DNA of 55,837 bases from an uncultured Bacteroidales bacterium (GTDB lineage: Bacteria > Bacteroidota > Bacteroidia > Bacteroidales > UBA932): positions 1 to 55,837 of the forward strand of contig CAMZIP010000001.1 of the NCBI GenBank assembly GCA_947307265.1, in the 5' to 3' direction. A program made the position numbers and the translations under genes. This document shows positions 35,515 to 45,095 of the stretch, piece by piece. The notes under the pieces were generated by a model, which was not told where the DNA came from, did no database searches, and saw only the letters and a program-made list of their open reading frames with translations. The first letter of the stretch is position 1, and each line of letters starts with the position of its first letter.

Positions 35515-37632
35515 TTATTCGTCATCATCGGACTGGACGCGGCGGCCCTGCTTGCTGATAACTTCCTGTGCGATGTTGGAAGGAACCTCTGCATAATGCG
35601 AGAACTCCATCGAACTGGTCGCACGGCCGGAAGTGATCGTACGCAGAATCGTCACATAGCCGAACTGCTCCGAAAGCGGAACCTTGGCCTTGACGATGCG
35701 GGCGTTGCCCTTGCTGTCCATATCGACAATCTGGCCGCGGCGGCGGTTCAGGTCACCGACCACGTCACCCATATAGTCCTCCGGGGTAACAACTTCGAGA
35801 GACATAATAGGCTCCATAAGTACAGGAGCGCACTTGCCGAGCGCGTGGCGGAACGCCATACGGGCGCAAATCTCGAACGAAAGCTGATCGGAATCCACCG
35901 GGTGGAACGAACCATCCAGCAGACGGACCTTGAGTGAAGTGACTTCGTAACCTGCGAGAACACCGTTTGCCATCGCTGACTTGAAACCTTTCTCGACGGA
36001 AGGGATAAATTCGCGGGGAATATTACCGCCCTTGACCTCATCCAGGAACTGAAGGCCTGTTACGCCCTCGTCCGCAGGACCGATCTCGACGATAATATCC
36101 GCAAACTTACCACGACCGCCAGTCTGCTTCTTGAAGACTTCGCGATGCTGGGTGCTCTTGGTGATGGCCTCCTTGTAGTTGACCTGGGGAGCGCCCTGGT
36201 TGATCTCTACGCCAAACTCACGGCGGAGACGGTCGACGATGATATCGAGATGCAGCTCACCCATACCGCTGATGATCGTCTGACCGGTCTCGGCGTTGGA
36301 CTGAACTGTGAATGTAGGGTCTTCTTCGGCCAACTTGCCCAGAGCCACTCCGAGTTTGTCGAGATCCGCCTGAGTCTTGGGTTCGACTGCCAGACCGATC
36401 ACAGGATCGGGGAAGGTAATCGACTCAAGAACTGCAGGAGCATTCTCTGCACAGATGGTATCACCCGTGCGGAGTTCCTTGAATCCGACTGCTGCGCAGA
36501 TATCGCCTGCCTCGACAAAGTCGATGGCGTTCTGCTTGTTGGAGTGCATCTGGTAAAGTCGGGCGACGCGCTCTTTCTTGCCGGTACGGGTGTTGAGCAC
36601 GTACGAACCGGCATCGAGTCGTCCCGAATAAGCCCTGAGGAAAGCAAGACGACCCACGAAAGGATCTGTTGCAATCTTGAAGACGAGAGCGCAGAACGGC
36701 TCGCTTGCCGAAGGCTTGCGCTCAATCTCAGCGCCGGTACGGACATCCGTTCCCTTCACGCTGCCCTTGTCGAGCGGTGAAGGCAGATAGCGTACGACTG
36801 CATCCAGCAGGAACTGGACGCCCTTGTTCTTGAATGAAGAACCGCAGCACGCGGGAACGACCGCCATATCGATGGTCGCCTTGCGCAGTGCGTCGATAAT
36901 CTCCTGTTCGGTAATTGAATCAGGATCATCGAAGAACTTCTCCAGAATCGTGTCATTGTACTCTGCGACTGACTCGACCAGGCGGCCGCGCCATTCCTCG
37001 ACCTCATCCACCATATCGGCAGGAATCGGACGCTCCTCGAAATTGACGAGCTCCTTGCTTGCCGAATCATAGTAGTATGCCTTCTTGGAAATCAGGTCAA
37101 TGATGCCTTCGAACTTATCTTCGGCACCGATCGGGAGACAGATGGGAACTGCATTTGCACCGAGTTTCTCGTGGATCTCTTCGATCACTGCGAGGAAATC
37201 TGCGCCCGTGCGGTCCATCTTGTTGACGTACGCAATCTTGGGAACGCGATACTTATCGGCCTGACGCCACACGGTTTCGGACTGCGGCTGGACGCGGCCC
37301 ACGGCGCAGAACGTCGCGACCGTACCATCCAGGACGCGGAGCGAACGCTCCACCTCTACCGTGAAATCCACGTGACCCGGAGTATCGATAAGGTTAATCT
37401 GGTATTGCTGGTTGTTATAACGCCAGAACGCAGTAGTTGCTGCGCTCGTGATGGTAATACCGCGCTCCTGCTCCTGGACCATCCAGTCCATAGTCGCAGC
37501 GCCGTCGTGCACCTCGCCTATCTTGTGGGTCTTACCCGTGTAGAAAAGGATTCGCTCTGACGTGGTGGTCTTACCGGCATCAATGTGAGCCATAATACCG
37601 ATATTCCGCGTGTATTGGAGATCTCTTGCCAT
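35515..37632 (-). CDS. fusA: Elongation factor G
   Basis: 705 aa, with [33 protein letters not shown] and VNKMDR GTPase motifs and full-length EF-G similarity. Confidence 0.97.
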   Translation of the reverse strand: MARDLQYTRNIGIMAHIDAGKTTTSERILFYTGKTHKIGEVHDGAATMDWMVQEQERGITITSAATTAFWRYNNQQYQINLIDTPGHVDFTVEVERSLRVLDGTVATFCAVGRVQPQSETVWRQADKYRVPKIAYVNKMDRTGADFLAVIEEIHEKLGANAVPICLPIGAEDKFEGIIDLISKKAYYYDSASKELVNFEERPIPADMVDEVEEWRGRLVESVAEYNDTILEKFFDDPDSITEQEIIDALRKATIDMAVVPACCGSSFKNKGVQFLLDAVVRYLPSPLDKGSVKGTDVRTGAEIERKPSASEPFCALVFKIATDPFVGRLAFLRAYSGRLDAGSYVLNTRTGKKERVARLYQMHSNKQNAIDFVEAGDICAAVGFKELRTGDTICAENAPAVLESITFPDPVIGLAVEPKTQADLDKLGVALGKLAEEDPTFTVQSNAETGQTIISGMGELHLDIIVDRLRREFGVEINQGAPQVNYKEAITKSTQHREVFKKQTGGRGKFADIIVEIGPADEGVTGLQFLDEVKGGNIPREFIPSVEKGFKSAMANGVLAGYEVTSLKVRLLDGSFHPVDSDQLSFEICARMAFRHALGKCAPVLMEPIMSLEVVTPEDYMGDVVGDLNRRRGQIVDMDSKGNARIVKAKVPLSEQFGYVTILRTITSGRATSSMEFSHYAEVPSNIAQEVISKQGRRVQSDDDE

Positions 37633-37650
37633 TCCCCTTGATTGTTAAGA

Positions 37651-38127
37651 TTAGATGCGGAAGTGTGCAAATGCCTTGTTGGCCTCTGCCATCCTGTGCA
37701 TTTCCTCTTTTCTCTTGAATGCCGCACCTTCGCTGTTGTACGCGGCTATGATTTCTGCTGCCAATTTTTCAGCCATTGAATGGCCGGCGCGCTTGCGGGC
37801 GTAGAGTATCATATTCTTCATTGAGAGAGAGACTTTACGTTCCGGACGCACCTCTATAGGAACCTGGAAGTTCGCACCACCGACTCTGCGGCTCTTGACC
37901 TCGACCTGCGGAGTCACGTTTTCCAATGCTTTTTTCCAAATCTGGAGAGGAGCCTCGTCAGAATCCTTCATCTTCTCGCCTACCATATCAATGGCATCGT
38001 AAAAAATAGAATAAGCGATACTCTTCTTCCCCTGCAACATAAGATTGTTCACGAAACGGGTAACCTCGACATCGTGAAACTTAGGATCAGGAAGTAGAAT
38101 CCTCTTTTTAGGCTTCGTTTTTCTCAT
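37651..38127 (-). CDS. rpsG: 30S ribosomal protein S7
   Basis: 158 aa, reading [36 protein letters not shown]...[19 protein letters not shown]. Confidence 0.96.
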   Translation of the reverse strand: MRKTKPKKRILLPDPKFHDVEVTRFVNNLMLQGKKSIAYSIFYDAIDMVGEKMKDSDEAPLQIWKKALENVTPQVEVKSRRVGGANFQVPIEVRPERKVSLSMKNMILYARKRAGHSMAEKLAAEIIAAYNSEGAAFKRKEEMHRMAEANKAFAHFRI

Positions 38128-38158
38128 TTTTGTTGGGAATTAAGTGAAAATTAAGTGG

Positions 38159-38545
<387 letters not shown>

Positions 38546-38598
38546 AAATGGTTAATAATCTTATAATTAAATACTTTTCCGCATTTTTTTGCGGACCG

Positions 38599-38606
38599 CA
38601 AATTTA
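38599..38606 (-). promoter_or_regulatory. -7 box TAAATTTG for the str cluster (rpsL-rpsG-fusA-rpsJ-tRNA)
   Basis: Plus-strand caaattta is TAAATTTG on the minus strand, 53 nt upstream of the rpsL ATG. It is followed by the palindrome TTGCGG-a-CCGCAA. Confidence 0.45.
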
Positions 38607-38652
38607 ATCCTTTTTTCGGGATTTACAAACAAGTTTTTGACAAATATGCCTT

Positions 38653-40341
38653 TCAGCGCACAGAAAATGCGCTTCTGGCATATACGGGCTGACCGTCCGA
38701 AGTAAGGCCTTCGACCACTACTGTATAGTCCCCCGCAGCCTCCGGGAGACGGACGTCGATGGACACTGCTCCGCCCGCAGGCAGATCGACCATCGGATGC
38801 CAGTACACCGTGCGGCGGAAATCCGGCCAGAGCGAAGCATCCGGCAGCGAAGCGCCGGTATATGCGGCAGGATAACTGACGCCGCGGAACTTGAGCACGC
38901 GCACGCGGTCTCCGAACGTCATTGACGGCAGATTATGCTTATAGGTGGTGAAATCCACTATCCCGTCATAATACTCGGGGCCAATCTTGAACGAATTCGG
39001 GAAGATGCGTATCAGTTCGACCAGTTGCGGATCGTAGTTGTATAGGCGGCTATGGTCCGTGACCGGCACTCCGTCCAGCAGGAACAGCGATTCGCCGTTG
39101 CGGAACGAGACTTTGTTGTTGCGGCTTCCGCGACGTCCTACCTGGAGCCTGCGGCCGCCTTCACGCGCGCGTATTTCAAAGAGGTATTCGGTGAATACTT
39201 CGGCAAATGTCGGGAACCGGCGGTAATCATCCAGCCGGTAAAGAATGCTGCCCGAATCGTCAAAAAGCAGGTTGTTGCGCACCGGAATATACTCGTACAG
39301 CGTATCGGCGCTGAAATTGCGCTCTATCTGCACCGCAGCCGCCATTTCGGCCAAAGAAGCGGCCACTGACGGGCAAAGTTGCAGCGGAAGCGGAGCCTCG
39401 ACGCCGGTTGCGGCAAACGGACTTACGAGTTCCAGATGCCCCTTGAGAGTGGAATCCGGCGCCACCATTTCGCATACAAGATCCTTGTCGCCGTAGATAT
39501 TGTTGGTGAAGAATGCCACCGACCCGTCCTCTCCTATCGGGGACATATATATGTCGGAGCGGTTGCCTGGGGCCGAAATAATGGCCGTCTTGCCCACCCA
39601 TTCGCCGCGACGGGAAGGATCTGCACCCACGATATGGGCGCGTACCACCTCTCCCTCGTAATCCGGTATCACGTCCTGCGAAAAACCTTTGTTGCCTACT
39701 GCAGCGGCTGCTGAAATGAAGTCTGCGACAGTAGGATTTGCATTGTGGGCGATACCTTCCTCACGATATACCGAGACGGAAACAGAAGCGGCTGAAACGG
39801 CGTCGGAAACCAGTTGGAGCGGAACAACGGCCGAGGGCTGAACCTGCTGCGGCACCTCAACCTTCACTATTCCGGCCTCAACGGCCGGTGCAGGTGCGGA
39901 TTTATAATCTTCAGGCGCGACTGCCACCGCAAGTCCCCTTTCGCGGCTGAAAGGATTGAAGACAGATACGGTGCGGGAGGCGATGCCGTTATAATCGTAA
40001 GCGATTTCGGAGCGGTTCTGCGACGTATAGGCCACAAGCCGGTAATTGCCAGTAGGCAGATTGGAAGGGATATTCATATATCCGCAGCCTCGCCCGTCAA
40101 GCAGCGCAATCTTCGCGCCCTGGAGCATCTTCGTGCCGTCGTGCAGCTCAAGATAGAGCACGCTACTGACTGATGAAAGCTGCTTCGTATTGACATCGAG
40201 ACAGAAAGCCGAACACCAGATACGGTCACCCGTCACATAAATATCCTTGTCCGTGACCACGTATGCGCGCTCGACGACCCTGGCATTTGAAATCCAGGCG
40301 AAGCATACGCTGCAGAGCAATATGGCTAAAATACGTCTCAT
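38653..40341 (-). CDS. Secreted 562-aa protein with MG2 (alpha-2-macroglobulin)-like N- and C-terminal segments and a central plug-like segment; module A gene 4
   Basis: ORF 38653..40356 trimmed to the ATG at 40341 (MRRILAILLCSVCFAWISNA), which gives the same stop-N-ATG junction as the paralog at 46796. MG2-like N-terminus: YVVTDKDIYVTGDRIWCSAF...LYLELHDG...GRGCGYMNIPSNLPTGNYRLVAYT. Plug-like segment: LFLLDGVPVTDHSRLYNYDPQLVELIRIF. MG-like C-terminus: WPDFRRTVYWHPMVDLPAGGAVSIDVRLPEAAGDYTVVVEGLTSDG. Confidence 0.7.
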   Translation of the reverse strand: MRRILAILLCSVCFAWISNARVVERAYVVTDKDIYVTGDRIWCSAFCLDVNTKQLSSVSSVLYLELHDGTKMLQGAKIALLDGRGCGYMNIPSNLPTGNYRLVAYTSQNRSEIAYDYNGIASRTVSVFNPFSRERGLAVAVAPEDYKSAPAPAVEAGIVKVEVPQQVQPSAVVPLQLVSDAVSAASVSVSVYREEGIAHNANPTVADFISAAAAVGNKGFSQDVIPDYEGEVVRAHIVGADPSRRGEWVGKTAIISAPGNRSDIYMSPIGEDGSVAFFTNNIYGDKDLVCEMVAPDSTLKGHLELVSPFAATGVEAPLPLQLCPSVAASLAEMAAAVQIERNFSADTLYEYIPVRNNLLFDDSGSILYRLDDYRRFPTFAEVFTEYLFEIRAREGGRRLQVGRRGSRNNKVSFRNGESLFLLDGVPVTDHSRLYNYDPQLVELIRIFPNSFKIGPEYYDGIVDFTTYKHNLPSMTFGDRVRVLKFRGVSYPAAYTGASLPDASLWPDFRRTVYWHPMVDLPAGGAVSIDVRLPEAAGDYTVVVEGLTSDGQPVYARSAFSVR

Positions 40342-40342
40342 A

Positions 40343-41659
40343 CTATTTGTGGTCATTGGGCCAGTAGGATGGTTTGTTCTTGTTGCCGCCCCTCATCTGA
40401 CAGTCCACGCAGCGGCGCGGCATCCATTCATAATAGATAAACGGATCCGAGGTATCATCCCCCCTGTCAGTGGGGACATAAGGCCTGTAATCGAACCCGT
40501 AGTAATAACGGTGCCAATCGACCGGCATTGGCATTGATGATATATCGGTAACCGGGGTCTTGCGGTAAAATCCATCGCCGCTTACGAACCTGCGGCAGAT
40601 GGATACCGTGGAGGCATTGACGTAGCCGAGCACTATTTCGGTCTCATCATCGAGACTGAAGATATTGCCGTAACACTCCGAAGGCTGGGGCGAGAACAGG
40701 CCTCCGACATCGGTCGTATTGGATTTCAGCGCTTTCCAATATCTCCAGGCATCAGCGGAGAGTGACTCCTGTATCATATCGACGCAGTAGAGATAGGCGA
40801 TTTTCTGCGAAGTATTGTCCAGACCGTACAGTTCATACTGGCTCAGACGGTCCTCCGCAAGGCCTTCGCTGCTTGCCGTCATTATCGAACCCTGCGTGCC
40901 GGTATTCCAGCAGTAATAGGTATTCTCACCGTCCTGGTAGGCCAGGACTTCATTGGTGGAAGGATTATAATAATACTGCGCGTAAAGCTGGGCTGTGTAT
41001 TCCCAGCTCTCGCGGGCAAACCAGCGATAATAACGCGACGATGTCTCTCCGGAAGTATTCACGTTGAAATACATCATCGTCCTCTCATCGTTGATCTTTG
41101 TGCCGACGCTGTCAAGATGCGAAGTCCGCTGCACCTCCAGCCACTCGGAAGCATAGCGGAGCGTATCTCTCTTCAATACTTCCCAACCCTCCCATTCGTA
41201 AGTGTAATACTCGATGCGCAGGCGGCAGCGTACGTCAGGATTCAGATCGCGGGTATCTATTGCGCGGCTGTAACTGTCCAGGGCCATTTCGGTCAAAACC
41301 CTGTCCAGCGAATCCCCAGGCCGGGGTACAACAGGCGGATTCAATATATTCCACGAATTCCACGAAATATTCCACGAAGGGTATATGGTACCATCCTCTG
41401 CTTCGACATATACATCCCACAGACTCGATTCCATCCACCGGGTCCCGGTGCTTGTTGTATAATAATCACCGTTACTCTCCTGTCCTATATTCATCGAACG
41501 GCCAATCCTGAAAACCGACTGCATCCCGGCAAGGATGTCACCCTCTACGACCAGGAAAGAATCCTGGACATCCGGCAGCTCAGGCTCGTAATCATATACA
41601 CAGCCGAAAACCGTCAGGGAGGCTATCAGTAGGGATAATATGACCTGCGAACGCTTCAT
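40343..41659 (-). CDS. DUF4249-like lipoprotein; module A gene 3
   Basis: Opens MKRSQVILSLLIASLTVFGC (lipobox), then FLVVEGDILAG..., with the C-terminal motif CVDCQMRGGNKNKPSYWP. It sits directly downstream of a TonB-dependent receptor, which is the usual DUF4249 context. Confidence 0.65.
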   Translation of the reverse strand: MKRSQVILSLLIASLTVFGCVYDYEPELPDVQDSFLVVEGDILAGMQSVFRIGRSMNIGQESNGDYYTTSTGTRWMESSLWDVYVEAEDGTIYPSWNISWNSWNILNPPVVPRPGDSLDRVLTEMALDSYSRAIDTRDLNPDVRCRLRIEYYTYEWEGWEVLKRDTLRYASEWLEVQRTSHLDSVGTKINDERTMMYFNVNTSGETSSRYYRWFARESWEYTAQLYAQYYYNPSTNEVLAYQDGENTYYCWNTGTQGSIMTASSEGLAEDRLSQYELYGLDNTSQKIAYLYCVDMIQESLSADAWRYWKALKSNTTDVGGLFSPQPSECYGNIFSLDDETEIVLGYVNASTVSICRRFVSGDGFYRKTPVTDISSMPMPVDWHRYYYGFDYRPYVPTDRGDDTSDPFIYYEWMPRRCVDCQMRGGNKNKPSYWPNDHK

Positions 41660-44364
41660 CAGAATTCAAGATTGAAATTGATATAAGGAATCGGATATGC
41701 AAAGACGCTCATCATATGTCCCTTGATGACACCCCTGCTGTTGATATCGTAATATACCGAATAGGCATTGTGCCGTCCGGTGACGTTATATACGCCCATA
41801 GTAAATGAAAGGTGCGCCAGTTGGCGGAGATAGTGCCCCGGCTCCACGACCAGCGCAAGGTCCAGGCGGAAATAATCCGGGATGCGGTACGCATTGCGGT
41901 CGGAATACACCAGGCGGGTACCGCCGGCATACTCGTAAGTGCCTATCGGGAGCGTAACCGGGCGGCCTGTCGAATAATCTACGTTGGCCGAGATGCTGTA
42001 TCGGTGCGTAAATTTATAGTTGAGCACGGCCTTGAGTTCGTGCGGCTTGTCGTAGGAGGTACAATACCATTCCCCGCGGTTGATGGCCATCTTGCCGCGG
42101 TTTCCCATCTCCCGCTGCATCGAACGCGACCAGGTATATGAAACCCAGCCGTTAAGTTTGCCGAGCGTGCGGCGCATCATCAATTCCACGCCATAGGCGC
42201 GGCACTCCGTGGGTACAAGTTCGTCGGCCAGATTCTCATTCATAGCCAGACGTGCGCCGGGCATATAGTCCACGAAGTTGTTGACTCTCTTGTAATATAA
42301 TTCAAGCGAGAAATCTATCGGATTGGCACCTGCGGTCAGATACAGGCCGGTAGCCGCCTGCCAGCCGTTCTGCGGAGCAAGTTTACGGTCGGCAAGTTTC
42401 CAGGTATCGGTAGGCGAAATGTTGATGCTGTTGGAAATCTTGTGGATGTACTGGTGCATCGTATTGAATCCCGCCTTCCACGAGAAACGCGGCGTGAAGG
42501 ACATCTTGCCGGAAATGCGGATTTCCGGAGCGTGATAGAAGCTCCTGTCGTTAAGCGAACCGTACATCACGTAGCGGAGGCCCGCATCTACTGACAGCCT
42601 GCGCGTGATCTGCCATTCGTCGCTGACGTATGCAGCGGCCTCCAGACCGCGTTCCAGCGCAAGCGAACGGTCCTCGACTATTGACTCCTCGCCGAGCGGA
42701 TGGCGCGCGCCGGGCTGAAGCTGGTAGAGCACTCCAGAGCCGCCATAGGTCAGCGTATGCGATTCGCTGAGCGGCGACTTGATGGTCACCTTGGCGAACG
42801 GCTGGCTTATCTGAGTCTGGTAGGTATAAGCTGCTGCGGCATTGAACGTATCATCCACGCGGTAGCCGTACTCGTCATATCCTGCAGCGATAACCATCGA
42901 ACGCCCGCCGTCGAAATTGCTGCGCCACTTGAGGGAAACGTTCAGGTTGTCGTAGCGGTACGAAGTATCGTTGCTGAAGCCGAATTTGTCACGGGAAATA
43001 TAGCCGTAGGCGTGCAGGGAATGGTTGCGGCCGAACTTATGCGTAAGGCCGATATTCAGGTCGCGGAATGATGCACTGCCGTCGGTATATTGGAGATCGG
43101 GCGGCACGATGCCTTCGAACAGGTCATTGGGCCGCAGGCGCAGCATCCAGTCGCTGTAGGTGGTGCGGGCGCCGATGATGAATGTGGTATTCTCACTGCC
43201 TATAGGCCCCTCGAGGTGCAGGCGGCTGGTCAGCAGGCCTATGCCGAGCGAGCCGGAAAGTTTCTTGCCGTTGCCTTCGCGCGAACGGACCTCGAGCACC
43301 GAGGAAATGCGGCCGCCGTATTCGACGGGAATGGAACTCTTATACAGCTCGATATCGCTTACCACGTCGGGGTTGAATACCGACATCAGGCCGAACATAT
43401 GGCTCGGATTGTAGATAGTGCCGTTGTTGAACAGGATCAGGTTCTGGTCGGACGAGCCGCCTCGGACGTTGAAACCGTTTGAAACCTCACCCACCGACTT
43501 GACGCCCGGCAAGGTAAGCAGCACTTTCAGCACATCGGCTTCGCCAAATACTGCCGGAACGTTCTTGATGGCAGACATCCGGACGGTTTCGATACCCATC
43601 TTGGACGAACGGTGGCGTGCCATACTTTCAGCCGTAACCACGGCGCCCGTAAGCGTCAGCACGCGCTCTTTCATCTGAACGTCGAAATTGCCGTCATCCC
43701 AGACCTTCAGCATATAGCGGCCTTCCTCCATCGACCAGCCGTCGTAGCAGAGGATATTGTCTCCTACGGGCAATGAAATTTTATAGAAACCGGACGCGTC
43801 GGTCTGCGCATAAGCAGTACCGCGGTCGTCATATACCGAAATGCCGGCCAGCGGCTCGCCTGTCGCGGCATCCCGGACATATCCGCTGACTGAAGCCTTG
43901 CCGGAAGTGCGGGCGCCGATTTCGCCTATCTCGTATATCTTATTGGCAAACGTGGCCTGCTGCTCCTTTTCGCCGAAAATATCGGCCTGAACGTCGGCAA
44001 CCGGCTGCTGCTCCTGACGGTTTTCAAAAAATCCCGCCGGAAGCGAAGTTACCAGCGTGCGGCCATAGAGAACGATGTACAGGTCCCTGTATTCGCTGAT
44101 ACGATAGCCGTTTTCACGCAACTGACGGAACGCCTCCTGCATAAACTGCTCTTTCTCATCTGCATAGACAGTATATATCCGGCGGTCTTCACCACCGTGC
44201 ACCCAATATACCGGAACATTGTACTGCTCTCGCATATATGTCAGGAGCGAATCTATCTCCACCTTTGAGACGCCGGGCCGCACCTCGGCCTTCTTTCGCG
44301 GCGGAGCGGCAAATGCCTGGACTAGCGCCAGCATCAGGAAAAATATCAGCAGCACGCGTCTCAT
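41659..44364 (-). CDS. TonB-dependent receptor with an STN-like N-terminal extension, CarboxypepD_reg domain, plug and barrel; module A gene 2
   Basis: 901 aa with the signal peptide MRRVLLIFFLMLALVQAFA. It has an extension of about 110 aa (IDSLLTYMREQYNVPVYWV...FMQEAFRQLRENGYRISEYRDLYIVLYG), VSGYVRDAATGEPLAGISVYD...GFYKISLPVGDN, and a plug (VPAVFGEADVLKVLLTLPGVKSV...FNVRGGSSDQNLILFNNGTIYNPSHMFG...IELYKSSIPVEYGGRISSVLEV). It ends YINFNLEF. Confidence 0.85.
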   Translation of the reverse strand: MRRVLLIFFLMLALVQAFAAPPRKKAEVRPGVSKVEIDSLLTYMREQYNVPVYWVHGGEDRRIYTVYADEKEQFMQEAFRQLRENGYRISEYRDLYIVLYGRTLVTSLPAGFFENRQEQQPVADVQADIFGEKEQQATFANKIYEIGEIGARTSGKASVSGYVRDAATGEPLAGISVYDDRGTAYAQTDASGFYKISLPVGDNILCYDGWSMEEGRYMLKVWDDGNFDVQMKERVLTLTGAVVTAESMARHRSSKMGIETVRMSAIKNVPAVFGEADVLKVLLTLPGVKSVGEVSNGFNVRGGSSDQNLILFNNGTIYNPSHMFGLMSVFNPDVVSDIELYKSSIPVEYGGRISSVLEVRSREGNGKKLSGSLGIGLLTSRLHLEGPIGSENTTFIIGARTTYSDWMLRLRPNDLFEGIVPPDLQYTDGSASFRDLNIGLTHKFGRNHSLHAYGYISRDKFGFSNDTSYRYDNLNVSLKWRSNFDGGRSMVIAAGYDEYGYRVDDTFNAAAAYTYQTQISQPFAKVTIKSPLSESHTLTYGGSGVLYQLQPGARHPLGEESIVEDRSLALERGLEAAAYVSDEWQITRRLSVDAGLRYVMYGSLNDRSFYHAPEIRISGKMSFTPRFSWKAGFNTMHQYIHKISNSINISPTDTWKLADRKLAPQNGWQAATGLYLTAGANPIDFSLELYYKRVNNFVDYMPGARLAMNENLADELVPTECRAYGVELMMRRTLGKLNGWVSYTWSRSMQREMGNRGKMAINRGEWYCTSYDKPHELKAVLNYKFTHRYSISANVDYSTGRPVTLPIGTYEYAGGTRLVYSDRNAYRIPDYFRLDLALVVEPGHYLRQLAHLSFTMGVYNVTGRHNAYSVYYDINSRGVIKGHMMSVFAYPIPYINFNLEF

Positions 44365-45077
44365 TCCGCACCCTCCACATATCGCAACACGCGGAGCGCA
44401 TACTGCCCGATATTGAAATACTGGCCTTTTTCAAGTGCGGAGACATACTTGCGAATCTCCTTCTTGCGGTCTTTATAACACTTGAGGATATCCCCGCGGC
44501 GGCGCAACTGCTTTACCTCACCCGATGCGGAAACATAGTAATAGCGCACCTCCCGGATGAAAATATTCGCAATGCCGTAATGATACTGGCCATCATATCC
44601 GGCCTCGCTGCGGCGGCGTCCTTCAGGGTCCTCCCGAAGCGTCTTGGTCACCTGCATCAGCAGCTTGGCGCGACCGTCGAAAAGCACTTCGCAGAATCCG
44701 TCAGGCACCGCTTTGCCGTACGTACGGCGCGGATAGACGAATTTCCGGTCTCCGATAATGAAATACTCCACCTCATCGCGGTTGAGCAGCATCGCCTGAT
44801 GCCGGGACTGGGGACGGACGAGCACCTGATTGGCGTAAGCGTCGATATTGATCTGCACGTCGAAGTAATCCCGGCCGTTGTAGCGAATCATTCCGCTGCG
44901 AAAATCGGGAGACTCCCAGTATGGCGTGCCGTTGAACAGGAAATCATATCCCACATCGATGCGGCCGCGCCACAGAAGAGAAGCCTCTCCTGCTTCCTGC
45001 ATATACAGGCCGTAATCGTCCTGCGCCTGCGCTACAAGCGGAATCAACGACAACAATATCAGCAGAAGCCTTCGCAT
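44361..45077 (-). CDS. Secreted 238-aa protein of unknown function; module A gene 1
   Basis: Has the signal peptide MRRLLLILLSLIPLVAQAQ. It is clearly paralogous to 50678..51400 (shared motifs LLYRG/LLWRG, F.FNGT.YW..P.., YNG/H.DY, INIDA, LNRD.VE, G(D)RKFV, YY..A..G...Q.RRRGD.LK.YK). I do not recognise the family. Confidence 0.7.
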   Translation of the reverse strand: MRRLLLILLSLIPLVAQAQDDYGLYMQEAGEASLLWRGRIDVGYDFLFNGTPYWESPDFRSGMIRYNGRDYFDVQINIDAYANQVLVRPQSRHQAMLLNRDEVEYFIIGDRKFVYPRRTYGKAVPDGFCEVLFDGRAKLLMQVTKTLREDPEGRRRSEAGYDGQYHYGIANIFIREVRYYYVSASGEVKQLRRRGDILKCYKDRKKEIRKYVSALEKGQYFNIGQYALRVLRYVEGAE

Positions 45078-45095
45078 AGGTGCAAATATAAAAAA

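Larger units (their letters stand above)
38653..45077 (-). repeat. Segmental duplication unit A (four-gene module)
   Basis: It has the same gene order, orientation and junction style as 45096..51400. DNA similarity is visible in the receptor plug region, for example an identical 34-nt run at 43142-43175 and 49489-49522. Confidence 0.8.

Noticed and set aside
38546-38652. Terminator between the module A last gene and the rpsL promoter (CCGC-ATTTTTTT-GCGG and the TTGCGGaCCGCAA palindrome)
   Set aside because: The stems are only 4-6 bp, and on the minus strand they are not followed by a U-tract. They are not convincing as an intrinsic terminator and may belong to the rpsL leader instead.
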